Positions 1 through 9,355 of a stretch of DNA of 32,000 bases are shown piece by piece. Origin of the DNA: an uncultured Erysipelotrichaceae bacterium. Lineage in GTDB: Bacteria; Bacillota_I; Bacilli_A; Erysipelotrichales; Erysipelotrichaceae. The stretch lies in contig OW818668.1 in the NCBI GenBank assembly GCA_942493105.1, positions 1,890,001-1,922,000 on the forward strand. The letters are read 5' to 3'. The position numbers were made by a program, and so were the translations under genes. How positions within the stretch are numbered: position 1 is the first letter of the stretch; every line of letters starts with the position of its first letter. The notes beneath the pieces were generated by a model. It saw only the letters and a program-made list of their open reading frames with translations. It had not been told where the DNA came from and did no database searches.

Positions 1-71
1 AGTGACTTAACTGATCGAACAACACCATTTACGTCTGGATCGTATGTATCCGTAAATATTCCGATTCTCAT
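1..71 (-). CDS. GT4-like glycosyltransferase, first 23 codons only (gene continues left of the window)
   Basis: The reverse complement of 1-71 reads MRIGIFTDTYDPDVNGVVRSVKS from ATG at 71. GGAGGA lies on the minus strand at 78-83. The N-terminal pattern MRIGIFTDTY.P..NGV is typical of GT4 diacylglycerol/lipid glycosyltransferases. The fragment is too short for a firm family call. Confidence 0.5.
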   Translation of the reverse strand, partial: MRIGIFTDTYDPDVNGVVRSVKS

Positions 72-94
72 ACTTGTTCCTCCTGGTTATCAAC

Positions 95-685
95 CTAACT
101 TATCATTGCCACTCTAAACTTGTCGTAAATAATATCGCCTAATTTCATACTAGTTACAAACATAATGAATGAACCTTCATAGACTTTCTTTGTTTTGTTA
201 GTTCTCGCGAAATCGTAGGGTTTTAAAAGCTCAATAGGTTTGTCGAAGCTAATAATCCCAGCATTCTGAAGTATCTCGCCAACGAATTGAGAGCAGAAGT
301 ATGCATTTTTTCGCTTAATTGGATAGTTTACCACAAATCCTGCAAACCCAACAATGTTGTACTTGAAGTTAGCTTTGCTGTATTTAAACCTTCCAACTTC
401 ATCTTCCAATTGCTTGTATTGAAGTTCAGTAACGTCAAGCTTCAGAATAAGACACTTTGTCTTCTCAAAATGATCATAAACTTTAGTTTCAAACTCATTT
501 ACAAATCCCCCAATTACGGGGTTCCTCTTCTTTAGCCTTCCGAAACTGTATATCTCAGTAAAATCATCATTTAGCACCAGGGACACATGATTATAAGGCT
601 CATTTGTGAACAGTCTTATTGATCTTGACAATAAACTTCTAGTATTAGTCAACAAGATGTAAACGACTTTATCATCGTTTTTCAT
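95..685 (-). CDS. Permuted NlpC/P60 papain-like thiol enzyme (YaeF/YiiX peptidase C92 type; His-before-Cys order as in LRAT/PLAAT acyltransferases)
   Basis: The ORF track gives 95..691 from TTG. I prefer ATG at 685 (MKNDDKVVYILL), 2 nt after the DegV stop. The candidate catalytic His in PYNHVSLVL precedes the candidate Cys in AYFCSQFVGEIL. A paralogue with YNHASI / YYCSEFVAEIL lies at 19476..19994. Confidence 0.7.
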   Translation of the reverse strand: MKNDDKVVYILLTNTRSLLSRSIRLFTNEPYNHVSLVLNDDFTEIYSFGRLKKRNPVIGGFVNEFETKVYDHFEKTKCLILKLDVTELQYKQLEDEVGRFKYSKANFKYNIVGFAGFVVNYPIKRKNAYFCSQFVGEILQNAGIISFDKPIELLKPYDFARTNKTKKVYEGSFIMFVTSMKLGDIIYDKFRVAMIS

Positions 686-687
686 TA

Positions 688-1557
688 TCAAATGGACTTT
701 TTTCTAATGTACGAAATCACAAGTGTTCCGGGACCAGAATGACTTCCGATAACTGGGCCAAGATCGTTTAAAAAAATGTTTGAAGATTTCAATCTCATTT
801 TGACGCGGTCACGTAGATCTGATGCCTCAGCGTAACAATCAGCATGATTGATAAAAATTGTCAAATCTAAACTTTCATCAATTTCTTCAACAACAGAATC
901 AAAAAGAAAATTTATCGATTTTTTTCGACCCCTTACTTTTCCGAATGGAACTAATGCCCCAATCTCATTAATTTCAAGTATCGGCTTAACTTCAAGCAAA
1001 TAACCGAAAGCTGCGCTCGTTGCAGAGAGGCGACCGCCTCTTCTTAGATATTCAAGACTGTCAACTGTAAATATCGTCCTGATCTTTTTCTTTTCTTCTT
1101 CCAACAACTCAATCATTTCACCAAATGTTTTACCTTCTTTCAGAAACGATACAGCTTTGTGCACCAATAAACCTTGACCCGAGGAAGCCTGCCTAGAATC
1201 AATAATCGCTATATCCGCATCTGGATAGGATTCCAAAATACTTTTTCTAGCGAGACAAGCACTATTGTATGAACCACTTAAGGCGGATGAAAAACTAATG
1301 TAAACTACATCGGACCCTTCCTTTATGCACTTTAAGAATTCAATTTCAAACACTGATGGAGGAATAAGAGTTGTGGTTGACATCGAGCCAGATCTTAATT
1401 TCTTATAAAACTCCGAGTTTGAAAGTGTTTTAACAAAATCGTCTACATAGTCGGTTCCATCAATGGAATAATGAAAAGGGATAATTTCAATTTGGTTCTC
1501 TTTAAAATACTCAGGGGGAAGGTCGCAATTCGAATCTGTGATTAATTTTAGTTTCAC
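688..1557 (-). CDS. DegV family fatty-acid-binding protein (FakB-like)
   Basis: 289 aa. It shows the DegV hallmarks MKLKLITDSNCDLP, SSALSGSYNSA, IIDSRQASSGQG and LRRGGRLS. AAGGAG lies 8 nt upstream of the GTG start. That GTG overlaps the radical SAM TAG stop by 1 nt (TAGTG). Confidence 0.9.
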   Translation of the reverse strand: MKLKLITDSNCDLPPEYFKENQIEIIPFHYSIDGTDYVDDFVKTLSNSEFYKKLRSGSMSTTTLIPPSVFEIEFLKCIKEGSDVVYISFSSALSGSYNSACLARKSILESYPDADIAIIDSRQASSGQGLLVHKAVSFLKEGKTFGEMIELLEEEKKKIRTIFTVDSLEYLRRGGRLSATSAAFGYLLEVKPILEINEIGALVPFGKVRGRKKSINFLFDSVVEEIDESLDLTIFINHADCYAEASDLRDRVKMRLKSSNIFLNDLGPVIGSHSGPGTLVISYIRKKSI

Positions 1558-2939
1558 TATGTTAACTCCTTGGCTTTCATTTTGTTACGACTTAGGTCAG
1601 ATTTTCTCTTAATTTCATCAGCTACCTCTGCCCAATCAATCGATGCTTTTTTACACTTATCACATAGATCGCTAACATCTTCGGGATGTAGCATCTCTGT
1701 AGACCTGGCACCAGATTGTTTTACCATCATTTCCAGTTTTTCCGGATTATCAAGCAGGGGGCAAGGTCTTAAGTGGTTTTGATTGAATGGTTGATTTCTA
1801 TAATACTGCATAAAAAGCGGTGATTTATATGCCTGAAGTAATGTTTTTGAATTGATATTTGAATCAGAGTAATGAATAAAAGCACACGGTTCAATGTCAC
1901 CGTTAGCATTAATGTGCAGATAGCTTCTTCCTCCGGCTATACAACCCTGGACAAACTCACCATCATTCCAAAAGTCCATTGTAAACAAGGGCTTTTCGTT
2001 TCTAAATCCTCTAATCTTGTCATACATATACGATCTTTGTTCTGGTGAAACCATTAAATTCGGATGCGCATCAACGCCAACGGGCATATATGTGAAGAAC
2101 CAACCAAATTTCGCACCTTTACTGATCATGTCATCAAAATATTCTTCACTCCCAATGTCTTTTGTGTTCATACTTGTATAACAACTCGAAAATCCAAATG
2201 GCAACTTGCTTTCTTTCATTAGTTTCATTGCGGACAAAACTTTTGAATAAGTACCTGCACCTCTTCTAGAATCTGTAGATTCCTCAAAGCCTTCGACACT
2301 GAAAGCTAAGATGAGATTTTTCACTCTTATCATTTCTTTGATAAAAACCTCATCTACCAGGGTACCGTTGGTAAATGCTAAAAAGACACAATCACTATGT
2401 TCCTCGCAAAGTGTGATGATATCCCCTTTACGAGTAAGTGGTTCTCCACCAGAATAAATGTACATGTATGTTCCAAGTTCTTTACCTTGTCTAATGATCG
2501 AATCAAGAGTACTCAAATTCATCGATAGTTGATTACCATAATCTGCAGCCCAGCAACCAATACACTTCAGATTACATGCCGAAGTTGGGTCCATCAGAAT
2601 TGCCCACGGTATGTTGCATGCATGTTCATTTCTATTTGCTTCTTGTCTTTTCCCTCCAATTATGGTCGCATTGATAATTAAGTTTTCAAATAGTTTTTTT
2701 CTAACTTCATCATCGATATCAGTCCAAAGGCTATTAACCAGTTTATACCAGTTACCATCTTTGTTTTTAATGATATCTTTTACAACGGCTAATTGACTCC
2801 CTAAAAATTTTCCTTCATCAATTCGTTCAAGTAGATCCAGAATAATTGGAATATTTTTATCCGGATTTGATTCCACAAGATTTAAGATAGTCTTCATGCT
2901 TAACGACTCAATTTTCTCTTTCATACTTAAATTTGACAT
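1557..2939 (-). CDS. Radical SAM enzyme with a Cys-rich C-terminal (SPASM/twitch-like) extension, substrate unknown
   Basis: A CX3CX2C motif occurs in SACNLKCIGCW. Later Cys motifs are GCIAGGRSYLHINANGDIEPCAF, RPCPLLDNP and LCDKCKK. The ORF track starts at TTG 3056, but that extension reads through the TetR stop and a palindromic operator. ATG at 2939 (MSNLSMKEK) follows GGAGG at short spacing (3 nt), so the start is probable rather than certain. Confidence 0.85.
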   Translation of the reverse strand: MSNLSMKEKIESLSMKTILNLVESNPDKNIPIILDLLERIDEGKFLGSQLAVVKDIIKNKDGNWYKLVNSLWTDIDDEVRKKLFENLIINATIIGGKRQEANRNEHACNIPWAILMDPTSACNLKCIGCWAADYGNQLSMNLSTLDSIIRQGKELGTYMYIYSGGEPLTRKGDIITLCEEHSDCVFLAFTNGTLVDEVFIKEMIRVKNLILAFSVEGFEESTDSRRGAGTYSKVLSAMKLMKESKLPFGFSSCYTSMNTKDIGSEEYFDDMISKGAKFGWFFTYMPVGVDAHPNLMVSPEQRSYMYDKIRGFRNEKPLFTMDFWNDGEFVQGCIAGGRSYLHINANGDIEPCAFIHYSDSNINSKTLLQAYKSPLFMQYYRNQPFNQNHLRPCPLLDNPEKLEMMVKQSGARSTEMLHPEDVSDLCDKCKKASIDWAEVADEIKRKSDLSRNKMKAKELT

Positions 2940-2953
2940 ATTCCTCCATTTCG

Positions 2954-3007
2954 TCTCACGACATGTGAGACCAGTATTGATAAATTCGGTCGTCCGACCG
3001 AATTGTA
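2954..3007 (-). promoter_or_regulatory. Candidate operator/promoter of the radical SAM-DegV operon: perfect 22-bp palindrome, a -10-like hexamer and a 5' UTR hairpin
   Basis: AATTCGGTCG-TC-CGACCGAATT at 2983-3004 has 10-bp arms with perfect dyad symmetry. A minus-strand TACAAT (3002-3007) abuts it. A hairpin TCTCAC-gacat-GTGAGA (2954-2970) lies 6 nt upstream of the SD. The whole region sits in the 113-nt gap between the TetR stop and the radical SAM start. Confidence 0.6.
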
Positions 3008-3052
3008 TCCCAAATAAGTTCACGAACTCGATCCTTCGAATACTCACTGGTG

Positions 3053-3634
3053 TCAACTGGTTGTATAGATTACTTCAACCAAATTCATTGCTTTGTATAA
3101 GTCCTTATCATCCGGATTCAAGAGAATCTGAATTGAGGTTCCAAAAAGTGAACCAAAAATCGCCTTTGCTAGAGTCTTAGCCGAACTGTAGCCTAAACTG
3201 GCTTGTGTAACTTGATCAGCTAGAATGTACTTTTCGATCAAACTTGATAGATCATCAAATAGATCGTTTAGCAGATTCCTGAAAGTATTTGACCACATAG
3301 ACATATTTGTCAGATCAAACAAAAGTCGAAATAGGTTCGGATTGGTCATTAGCATATTTTGAAAGTATTTCACCAAATTACTCATTTTCTCTTGAGAGCT
3401 CGTCCCAACTTTCAAGATCTCTTCAATTTCCACCATATATTGACGAGCAGTCATTCTAACTACTTCCATCAAAAGACCTTCTTTATTTTTATAGTAATAA
3501 TTCAATTGGCTCAATACAACCCCTGCTTCATCAGCAATTTCCCTAAGTGAAACATTTGCATACCCTCTTTGGGAAATATGTTTAAAGGCTGCATTGATAA
3601 TTAATTGAGATTGATGATCTTGTTTTGCACGCAT
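3053..3634 (-). CDS. TetR/AcrR family transcriptional regulator
   Basis: 193 aa. The N-terminal HTH block is AAFKHISQRGYANVSLREIADEAGVVLSQLNYYYKNKEGLL. GGAGG lies upstream of the ATG. A paralogue lies at 9356..9934, with 30 of 32 residues identical across the HTH block. Confidence 0.9.
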   Translation of the reverse strand: MRAKQDHQSQLIINAAFKHISQRGYANVSLREIADEAGVVLSQLNYYYKNKEGLLMEVVRMTARQYMVEIEEILKVGTSSQEKMSNLVKYFQNMLMTNPNLFRLLFDLTNMSMWSNTFRNLLNDLFDDLSSLIEKYILADQVTQASLGYSSAKTLAKAIFGSLFGTSIQILLNPDDKDLYKAMNLVEVIYTTS

Positions 3635-3646
3635 GAATGCCTCCGT

Positions 3647-3706
3647 TTAATACGGTTGTCCGAATTAATACACTCTTAGAATACGTCTAGTCAACGCGTT
3701 TGTCAA
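3647..3706 (-). promoter_or_regulatory. Sigma-70-type promoter plus palindromic operator upstream of the TetR gene
   Basis: On the minus strand: TTGACA (3701-3706), a 17-nt spacer, TATTCT (3678-3683), then the palindrome TTAATACGG-TTGT-CCGAATTAA (3647-3668) between the predicted transcription start site (TSS) and the SD. The same layout is found at 9948-10006. Confidence 0.6.
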
Positions 3707-3754
3707 TAGACTTTCGAAATCCTACAAAAATTGCTCATATGCAAGATTTGAAAC

Positions 3755-4612
3755 CTATCTAGTAGCCGCTATGATTTGACTAAGTTGTGTTCCGGCTTCA
3801 AGATAGGCTTGCTCTACAATCTTCTTTCCTTTACCAGCATCAAACGTATAATACCTAGATACATCAATGTTGATATTATAGTCCGATAGTAGACGATCAC
3901 TTTCCTGATTTGCACTGGTCATGATATCAATGATTCGAAATGCCACATTTAAAAGTTTATTTGACGCTTTATATCTTTGCTTGCCATCCATGGTCACTGA
4001 TAGAATTTTATTCGCTTTCATTGTCCTAAGCAAAGTGACGGGCAGATTCATTTTTACACCCCCATCCACAAGTTGCATGCTTTCGTATTTCTTCGTACTG
4101 AAGACAATCGGAAACGAACAAGACGCTCGTACCGCTTCCGTGACAGCTGAATCCGAAATGATAATCTTATCGGGTTGATCTTTGAAAACTTCAGGAGTGT
4201 TTGTAAACACAACTAACTTCCCGGTTATCAAGTCCACTGATGTTATCGAAACTGGCTTTTTCAGATCATCTAGATTTCTTACACTGAATTTGTCAAACTG
4301 TTCTTGTATCATATCTTCGAATTTGTCAGCATCAACGAGCCCATTCATTTTTCTTTTTGACATCGGCAATACCCTAAGGTTTGGCTTTAGAAAAATCTGT
4401 TTCTCTAGAAACCCCTTCTCAAGTTCATACATTGCCTTTTCAAGTTGACTATGATTTGCACCTGCCGCGATCAAACAAGCAATGATTGAGCCCATACTCG
4501 TACCACTTAATGATTCAATTTCGAAGTTGTTTTCATCTAGAATCCTGTATACGCCTATCTGTGCATAAGCTCTTATTCCACCGCCGGACAAAGCCAGACT
4601 GATCTTTCTCAT
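3755..4612 (-). CDS. Patatin-like phospholipase
   Basis: 285 aa. It has the glycine-rich loop SGGGIRAY, the nucleophile elbow GTSMGS (GxSxG) and the catalytic Asp motif VDGGV. GAGGTG lies upstream of the ATG. Confidence 0.9.
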   Translation of the reverse strand: MRKISLALSGGGIRAYAQIGVYRILDENNFEIESLSGTSMGSIIACLIAAGANHSQLEKAMYELEKGFLEKQIFLKPNLRVLPMSKRKMNGLVDADKFEDMIQEQFDKFSVRNLDDLKKPVSITSVDLITGKLVVFTNTPEVFKDQPDKIIISDSAVTEAVRASCSFPIVFSTKKYESMQLVDGGVKMNLPVTLLRTMKANKILSVTMDGKQRYKASNKLLNVAFRIIDIMTSANQESDRLLSDYNINIDVSRYYTFDAGKGKKIVEQAYLEAGTQLSQIIAATR

Positions 4613-5306
4613 TTTGTCTCACCTCAATTTTATCTTACATTAGTTCTCCCTAACACTACAGTTAATATTCGAACATTGGATCAACTACGCTAAACAAGAT
4701 TAATTACTTAGTAATGACTAAACAAAGAACGAGAAGAATAGGAGAGTTATACGAAGGGATAGAAGAAATAAAAATCTAGTTAAAGCAGAAACGAAAACCA
4801 CAAATCGAAAGCATTCAGGAATACGATCTGAGTTCCGCGGTGTTTGAGCGCTAGAAAGCGCTAGATGAAATACAGCAAGAACTTCAAAGAGAAAGATAAC
4901 TGGTCGCCAAAAGAGAATGCACTAGTAATATTGTACAAGGAAGTATGGCAATTTAAATGGAGAATATTATATTGAAGTAGGCGGTGCCAATCAATCGGTT
5001 CTAAATGCTTACTTCTCGATAACTTGGTCTAATAAACAAGCATAAATTGATCAAAAAGAACTCGTTCAACTAATAAGGTTTGTGCCACTAAATCAATTAC
5101 AAATCGGATTAATTGCAAAGCATGTTGGTTCTGTGTGTTGTGGATTCGTTTATACCTGATTGTTCTGGGTTAGGTTGAATATAATCAAACACATTGTGAA
5201 TTATAAATAATTTGTCGCCTACTAACTAGTCATCATTAGTGATGAAGGGTTGAGCAGTAACTGCAAGTGAGCTAATCCATTTGAATTAGGTTAAACTAGA
5301 TTAGTT

Positions 5307-7697
5307 CTACTCACTTCTCAAAGCTTCAACAGCATCCTTTCTAGATGCGATTTTTGCTGGAATGTGACCGCCAATGACAGTTAGAATAGTGCTGATGACA
5401 ACAAGCATAAATGCATGCAGTATTTGAAGATTAGCTACTCCTTTTAACCCAGTTAAGTCATAAATAATCGTATTGATTGGTATTGTCAATAGCCATGCTA
5501 TCCCAATTCCAAGGAGACCTGAAAATATGCCTAAAATAAAGGTTTCAGCATTAAACACACGCGTAATATCTTTTTTCCTTGCCCCTAATGCTCGCAGTAC
5601 TCCAATTTCCTTGGTACGTTCCAACACTGAAGTATAGGTGATAATACCGATCATAATCAAACTGACAACAAGTGAAATGGAAGCAAACGCAATCAAAATA
5701 ATAGTTATAGCATCCATAATGCCGCCCGTCAGTTCTGTCATTGTTCCTGCTAAATCAGAATATATTATTTGATCTTCTATTTCTTTATCCTTGTTATATG
5801 CATCTAAATAAGCAAGAACCGCAACCTTGTCATCGAAGTTGTCCGGATAAACCATGACCATAAAGGGTATGGCATTTCCACCAAGATACGATAGAAAATT
5901 CGCCTTAGTTTCTTTGTCCATATCTTCCAACGACATGATGTTTTTGTCACTCAAAAGCTGTGCTTTGACAATATCTGAATTCACCGCATCATCAATAACA
6001 ATTTGTGTCAACTCATCACTATAAGCAATACCAGAACCAAGAATTCCTATCCGCACATCTTGCTTTTGTCGTATTACCCCGACAATTTTCACTGTTATAC
6101 TTTTATCTGAAGCGTACATTGCTGCGTAATCTCGACCAGGCAGATATGATCCAATCTCAGTTTTAACATAATAATCATTGTTGGTAATGATTTTAAACTC
6201 CGTACCTAAAATATCATTTAGTTTGATGCTCTTAATGTTTTCGGTGTCAAATCCTAACCCTTTTAGAATATTGAAATCAATTCTGTTCTTGGCATCTATA
6301 ACAAGAACTAAATCAGTTGCGCTTTTCGGATATTCGCCTGCGAGTATTTCATAATTTTTTAGAAGGTAGGATTCATCACCCTCTTTTAACTGTTTGGGAT
6401 ACGAGGAGAGCCCTATAGAACTCATGCTTTGCAAATTCGCCATATTAGTGATGCTAGAGATGCTCATGCCTTCACCCATCGTGGACATAATATTCGAAAT
6501 CATCACAGGTTTAATTGCATTATTTACTTCGCGAAGTAGATTCATGCTGACAATACGGGCATAACCAATATTGTTACATACTTCAGGATCAATCTTGTTC
6601 AGGTAATCAATAAATTCATCCGTGAATTTATTCTTGTGTGCAAAACTAGTTTTTGTCGGATCATAAAGGAATACTTCATCAGAATCAGCATATTCCTCAG
6701 TACCTGTTATTTTGTCCTTTATTATATCCTGCATGCTGGCTATATTTTCTGCATCTAGTTGAATGGATGATTGAGATATGAGGATTGGGAACTCAGACAA
6801 AGCATCACTTTGGAAAGTGTCTATCTGCGTTTGAAACCCTGTTGAAAGGCTGAGGATAACAGCTATTCCTATTATCCCGATACTAGAGGCAAGTGCTGTT
6901 AAAAAGGTTCTTCCTTTTTTTGTCCTTAGGTTGGTAAACGAAAGCTTCAATGCCATTAAAAATTTCATGCTGGTTTTCTTGAGAATAAAGTTATCCGGTT
7001 TCAATCTTTCCTGATGGGGATGACTATCGGAAATTATTTTACCATCCTGGAATCGAATAATTCTGTCTGCATATTTATCGGCAATCTCAGGATTATGTGT
7101 GACCACGATAACCAAACGATCCTTTGATACTTCCTTTATTAAATCCATAATCTGAATGCTGGTGACAGTGTCCAATGCGCCTGTAGGTTCATCACAAAGC
7201 AGGATTTCAGGGTTGTTAGCCAGCGCTCTGGCAATGGCAACGCGTTGCATTTGTCCACCAGATAACTGGTTCGGCTTCTTATGCAAGTGATCTTTAAGCC
7301 CGACTTGCTCTAATACCTCAAGCGTTCTCTTGCGTCTTTCTGAAGCAGATACTCCGCTCAGCGTCATGCCAAGCTCAACATTGGCAATGATGCTCAGGTG
7401 CGTAATCAGGTTATAGTTTTGAAACACAAAACCTATCGAATTATTACGATATGCATCCCAATCTTGATCTTGGAAATCGGAAGTCTTCTTTCCTTTAATG
7501 GTTAACTCACCCGAATCATAATGATCAAGTCCGCCAATAATATTCAAGCATGTAGTTTTACCTGAACCGCTCGTACCAAGAATTGCCACAAATTCTTTTT
7601 CGCGAAACGCAACACTGATATCGTCCAGTGCCCTCGTTTCAATCCCCCCTACATGATAGGTCTTCTTTATGTTTTTAAATTCAAGCATCTTTTTCAC
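5307..7697 (-). CDS. Fused ABC transporter: N-terminal ATPase plus MacB/FtsX-type permease with a large extracytoplasmic domain
   Basis: 796 aa. It has Walker [10 protein letters not shown], signature LSGGQMQR and Walker [12 protein letters not shown] helix and a roughly 350-aa soluble domain follow, then a C-terminal FtsX-like module ([22 protein letters not shown]). The start is GTG at 7697 or ATG at 7688. Confidence 0.9.
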   Translation of the reverse strand: MKKMLEFKNIKKTYHVGGIETRALDDISVAFREKEFVAILGTSGSGKTTCLNIIGGLDHYDSGELTIKGKKTSDFQDQDWDAYRNNSIGFVFQNYNLITHLSIIANVELGMTLSGVSASERRKRTLEVLEQVGLKDHLHKKPNQLSGGQMQRVAIARALANNPEILLCDEPTGALDTVTSIQIMDLIKEVSKDRLVIVVTHNPEIADKYADRIIRFQDGKIISDSHPHQERLKPDNFILKKTSMKFLMALKLSFTNLRTKKGRTFLTALASSIGIIGIAVILSLSTGFQTQIDTFQSDALSEFPILISQSSIQLDAENIASMQDIIKDKITGTEEYADSDEVFLYDPTKTSFAHKNKFTDEFIDYLNKIDPEVCNNIGYARIVSMNLLREVNNAIKPVMISNIMSTMGEGMSISSITNMANLQSMSSIGLSSYPKQLKEGDESYLLKNYEILAGEYPKSATDLVLVIDAKNRIDFNILKGLGFDTENIKSIKLNDILGTEFKIITNNDYYVKTEIGSYLPGRDYAAMYASDKSITVKIVGVIRQKQDVRIGILGSGIAYSDELTQIVIDDAVNSDIVKAQLLSDKNIMSLEDMDKETKANFLSYLGGNAIPFMVMVYPDNFDDKVAVLAYLDAYNKDKEIEDQIIYSDLAGTMTELTGGIMDAITIILIAFASISLVVSLIMIGIITYTSVLERTKEIGVLRALGARKKDITRVFNAETFILGIFSGLLGIGIAWLLTIPINTIIYDLTGLKGVANLQILHAFMLVVISTILTVIGGHIPAKIASRKDAVEALRSE

Positions 7698-7710
7698 TCT
7701 TTCTTTAATG

Positions 7711-7743
7711 AATTCGGTCTAAGCAGTTGAAACTTCCGAATAT
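7711..7743. promoter_or_regulatory. Inverted AATTCGG / CCGAAT half-sites just upstream of the ABC transporter start
   Basis: AATTCGGTCT (7711-7720) matches the 2983-2992 operator arm AATTCGGTCG at 9 of 10 positions. The partner half, TTCCGAATAT, lies at 7734-7743. The spacing is much wider than in the 22-bp operators, so the function is uncertain. Confidence 0.3.
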
Positions 7744-8014
7744 GTTTTATTTTTGCGTTTAGGATAAATTCTACATATCACGCACGCGCGTTTCTTCTAG
7801 CATCGAAGGGTAGCCAAGAATATTGTTGATTTTGCATCATGTACCATACTGACTGTCCAGCTGGTCATTTTAATCTGCATTAACTGTATCTGTTCTGAAC
7901 TGCACAAATTTGACCCTTTCTTCTTAGTTATACCAAAATTTACTAGTGACTGTGAAAAAAGTGTCTTTATCACTTTATGAAAATTATGAACTCATAATCA
8001 CTTTGATTTTCTTT

Positions 8015-8884
8015 TCAGTCTTCTTGATTTCCTAAAAAAGCAATCGCTAAAGACCCGGGTCCGGTATGAGATCCAATTATCGGTCCCATATAATTAATAA
8101 AAACTTCGTTTGCTTTATTACTACTAGTAATCATGGTCTTTAAGAATTCCGCTTCTTCTAAGCAATCTGCATGATGAATGAAAACTGTTTGCAATTCCTG
8201 TTCAGATGCTAACTCATTAAATTTGTCGAGAAGTGTTCTGATAGATTTTTTTCTCCCTCTAACTTTATCCGCAACGACGATTTTTCCTTCACGATCCAAT
8301 TTAAGAATTGGTTTGATTTCCAGTAAATATCCGAGGGCTGCGTTAGTGGCAGAGATTCTCCCACCTCGTTTTAAGTGTTCTAGACTATCTACGATAAACC
8401 AAGCATTTACCCTCTTTCTCAATATGCTCAAACTTTCAATTAGTTCTTCCTTTGTTTTTCCCTTTTTGAGCATTTCAATTGCCTGATATAAGATTAACCC
8501 TTGGCTAGCGGAAGCACTCCGAGTATCAAAGACAGTAATATCAGCATTGCTATTTTTCGCCAATACTGAATTCTTAGCAATCTGTGCACAATTAAATGTT
8601 TCACTTAGAGCTGATGAAAACCCAATATAGATAATGGCGTATCCTGCGGCTATATACTCATCAAATAGGTTTTCGAAAATATATGGATTGATTTGTGCGG
8701 TGGTTGACATTTCACCTTCGCGAAGCTTGTTGTAAAAATCTTTATAACTTATCCCTTTTCCAAAATTATCTTCATACTCAATTCCACTTAATTGGAAGTA
8801 GAATGGCACAACATGCACATTATTTTCTATTAAATATTCCTGTGATAGTTCACAATTTGAATCTGTTATAATTTTTGTTTTCAT
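8015..8884 (-). CDS. DegV family fatty-acid-binding protein, second copy
   Basis: 289 aa, the same length as the copy at 688..1557 and colinear with it (MKTKIITDSNCEL, FSSALSETFNCA, FDTRSASASQG, LKRGGRISAT). AAGGAGAA lies upstream of the ATG. Confidence 0.9.
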   Translation of the reverse strand: MKTKIITDSNCELSQEYLIENNVHVVPFYFQLSGIEYEDNFGKGISYKDFYNKLREGEMSTTAQINPYIFENLFDEYIAAGYAIIYIGFSSALSETFNCAQIAKNSVLAKNSNADITVFDTRSASASQGLILYQAIEMLKKGKTKEELIESLSILRKRVNAWFIVDSLEHLKRGGRISATNAALGYLLEIKPILKLDREGKIVVADKVRGRKKSIRTLLDKFNELASEQELQTVFIHHADCLEEAEFLKTMITSSNKANEVFINYMGPIIGSHTGPGSLAIAFLGNQED

Positions 8885-8889
8885 CTGTT

Positions 8890-9340
8890 CTCCTTTTTCG
8901 ATGTTTTTTTATCAATTTGATTTTCATACTGAATTCATCTTCTATTATTTTTGCCACCCGACTTTTGTGGCGCGCCTGCACTTATTACATAAATAAGGAA
9001 TATATTCTTGTTGTAGTTTCAGTGGGCTTTGCGCCAATCGTCAGGATCACCTGTCCCAACATTTCGGGATTATCAATGCAGGCTTGAATTCTAAATACGA
9101 CTAAGATAAAGGCGTTCCATATGAGTCAATCCATAATTTCGATCAAGTATCGAAATCCGTATAATGAATGATTTATCAAGGCTCAATATCACCCTTTGCA
9201 TTATGATGTTGGATACTACTACCGCCAGTTATGCAGCCATAAACATATTTCCCTTATTCGATTAATTCCTTATGAAGGTGGGTTTCATTTTACGAACTTT
9301 ACATATTCGTTCGAGTTTTAGCATCTATACAACTAACCAC
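8890..9340 (-). pseudogene. 3'-terminal remnant of a second radical SAM gene (paralogue of 1557..2939)
   Basis: Minus-strand translation gives three matching stretches, read across shifting frames with stops. NETHLHKELIE*GKYVYGCITGGSSIQHHNAKGDIEP* corresponds to NEKPLFTMDFWNDGEFVQGCIAGGRSYLHINANGDIEP in the intact copy. CIDNPEMLGQVILTIGAKPTE corresponds to CPLLDNPEKLEMMVKQSGARSTE. YLCNKCRRATKVGW corresponds to DLCDKCKKASIDW. Only about 0.45 kb remains where 1.38 kb is needed, and the CX3CX2C region is gone. Confidence 0.8.
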
Positions 9341-9355
9341 ATTTTTCTCTTCTCA

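Noticed and set aside
2940-3056. N-terminal 39-codon extension of the radical SAM ORF (track start at 3056) overlapping the TetR stop
   Set aside because: The extension starts at TTG and reads through a perfect 22-bp palindrome and a hairpin. It has no radical SAM-like sequence. An ATG with an adjacent GGAGG lies at 2939. I treat 2940-3052 as a regulatory intergenic region.
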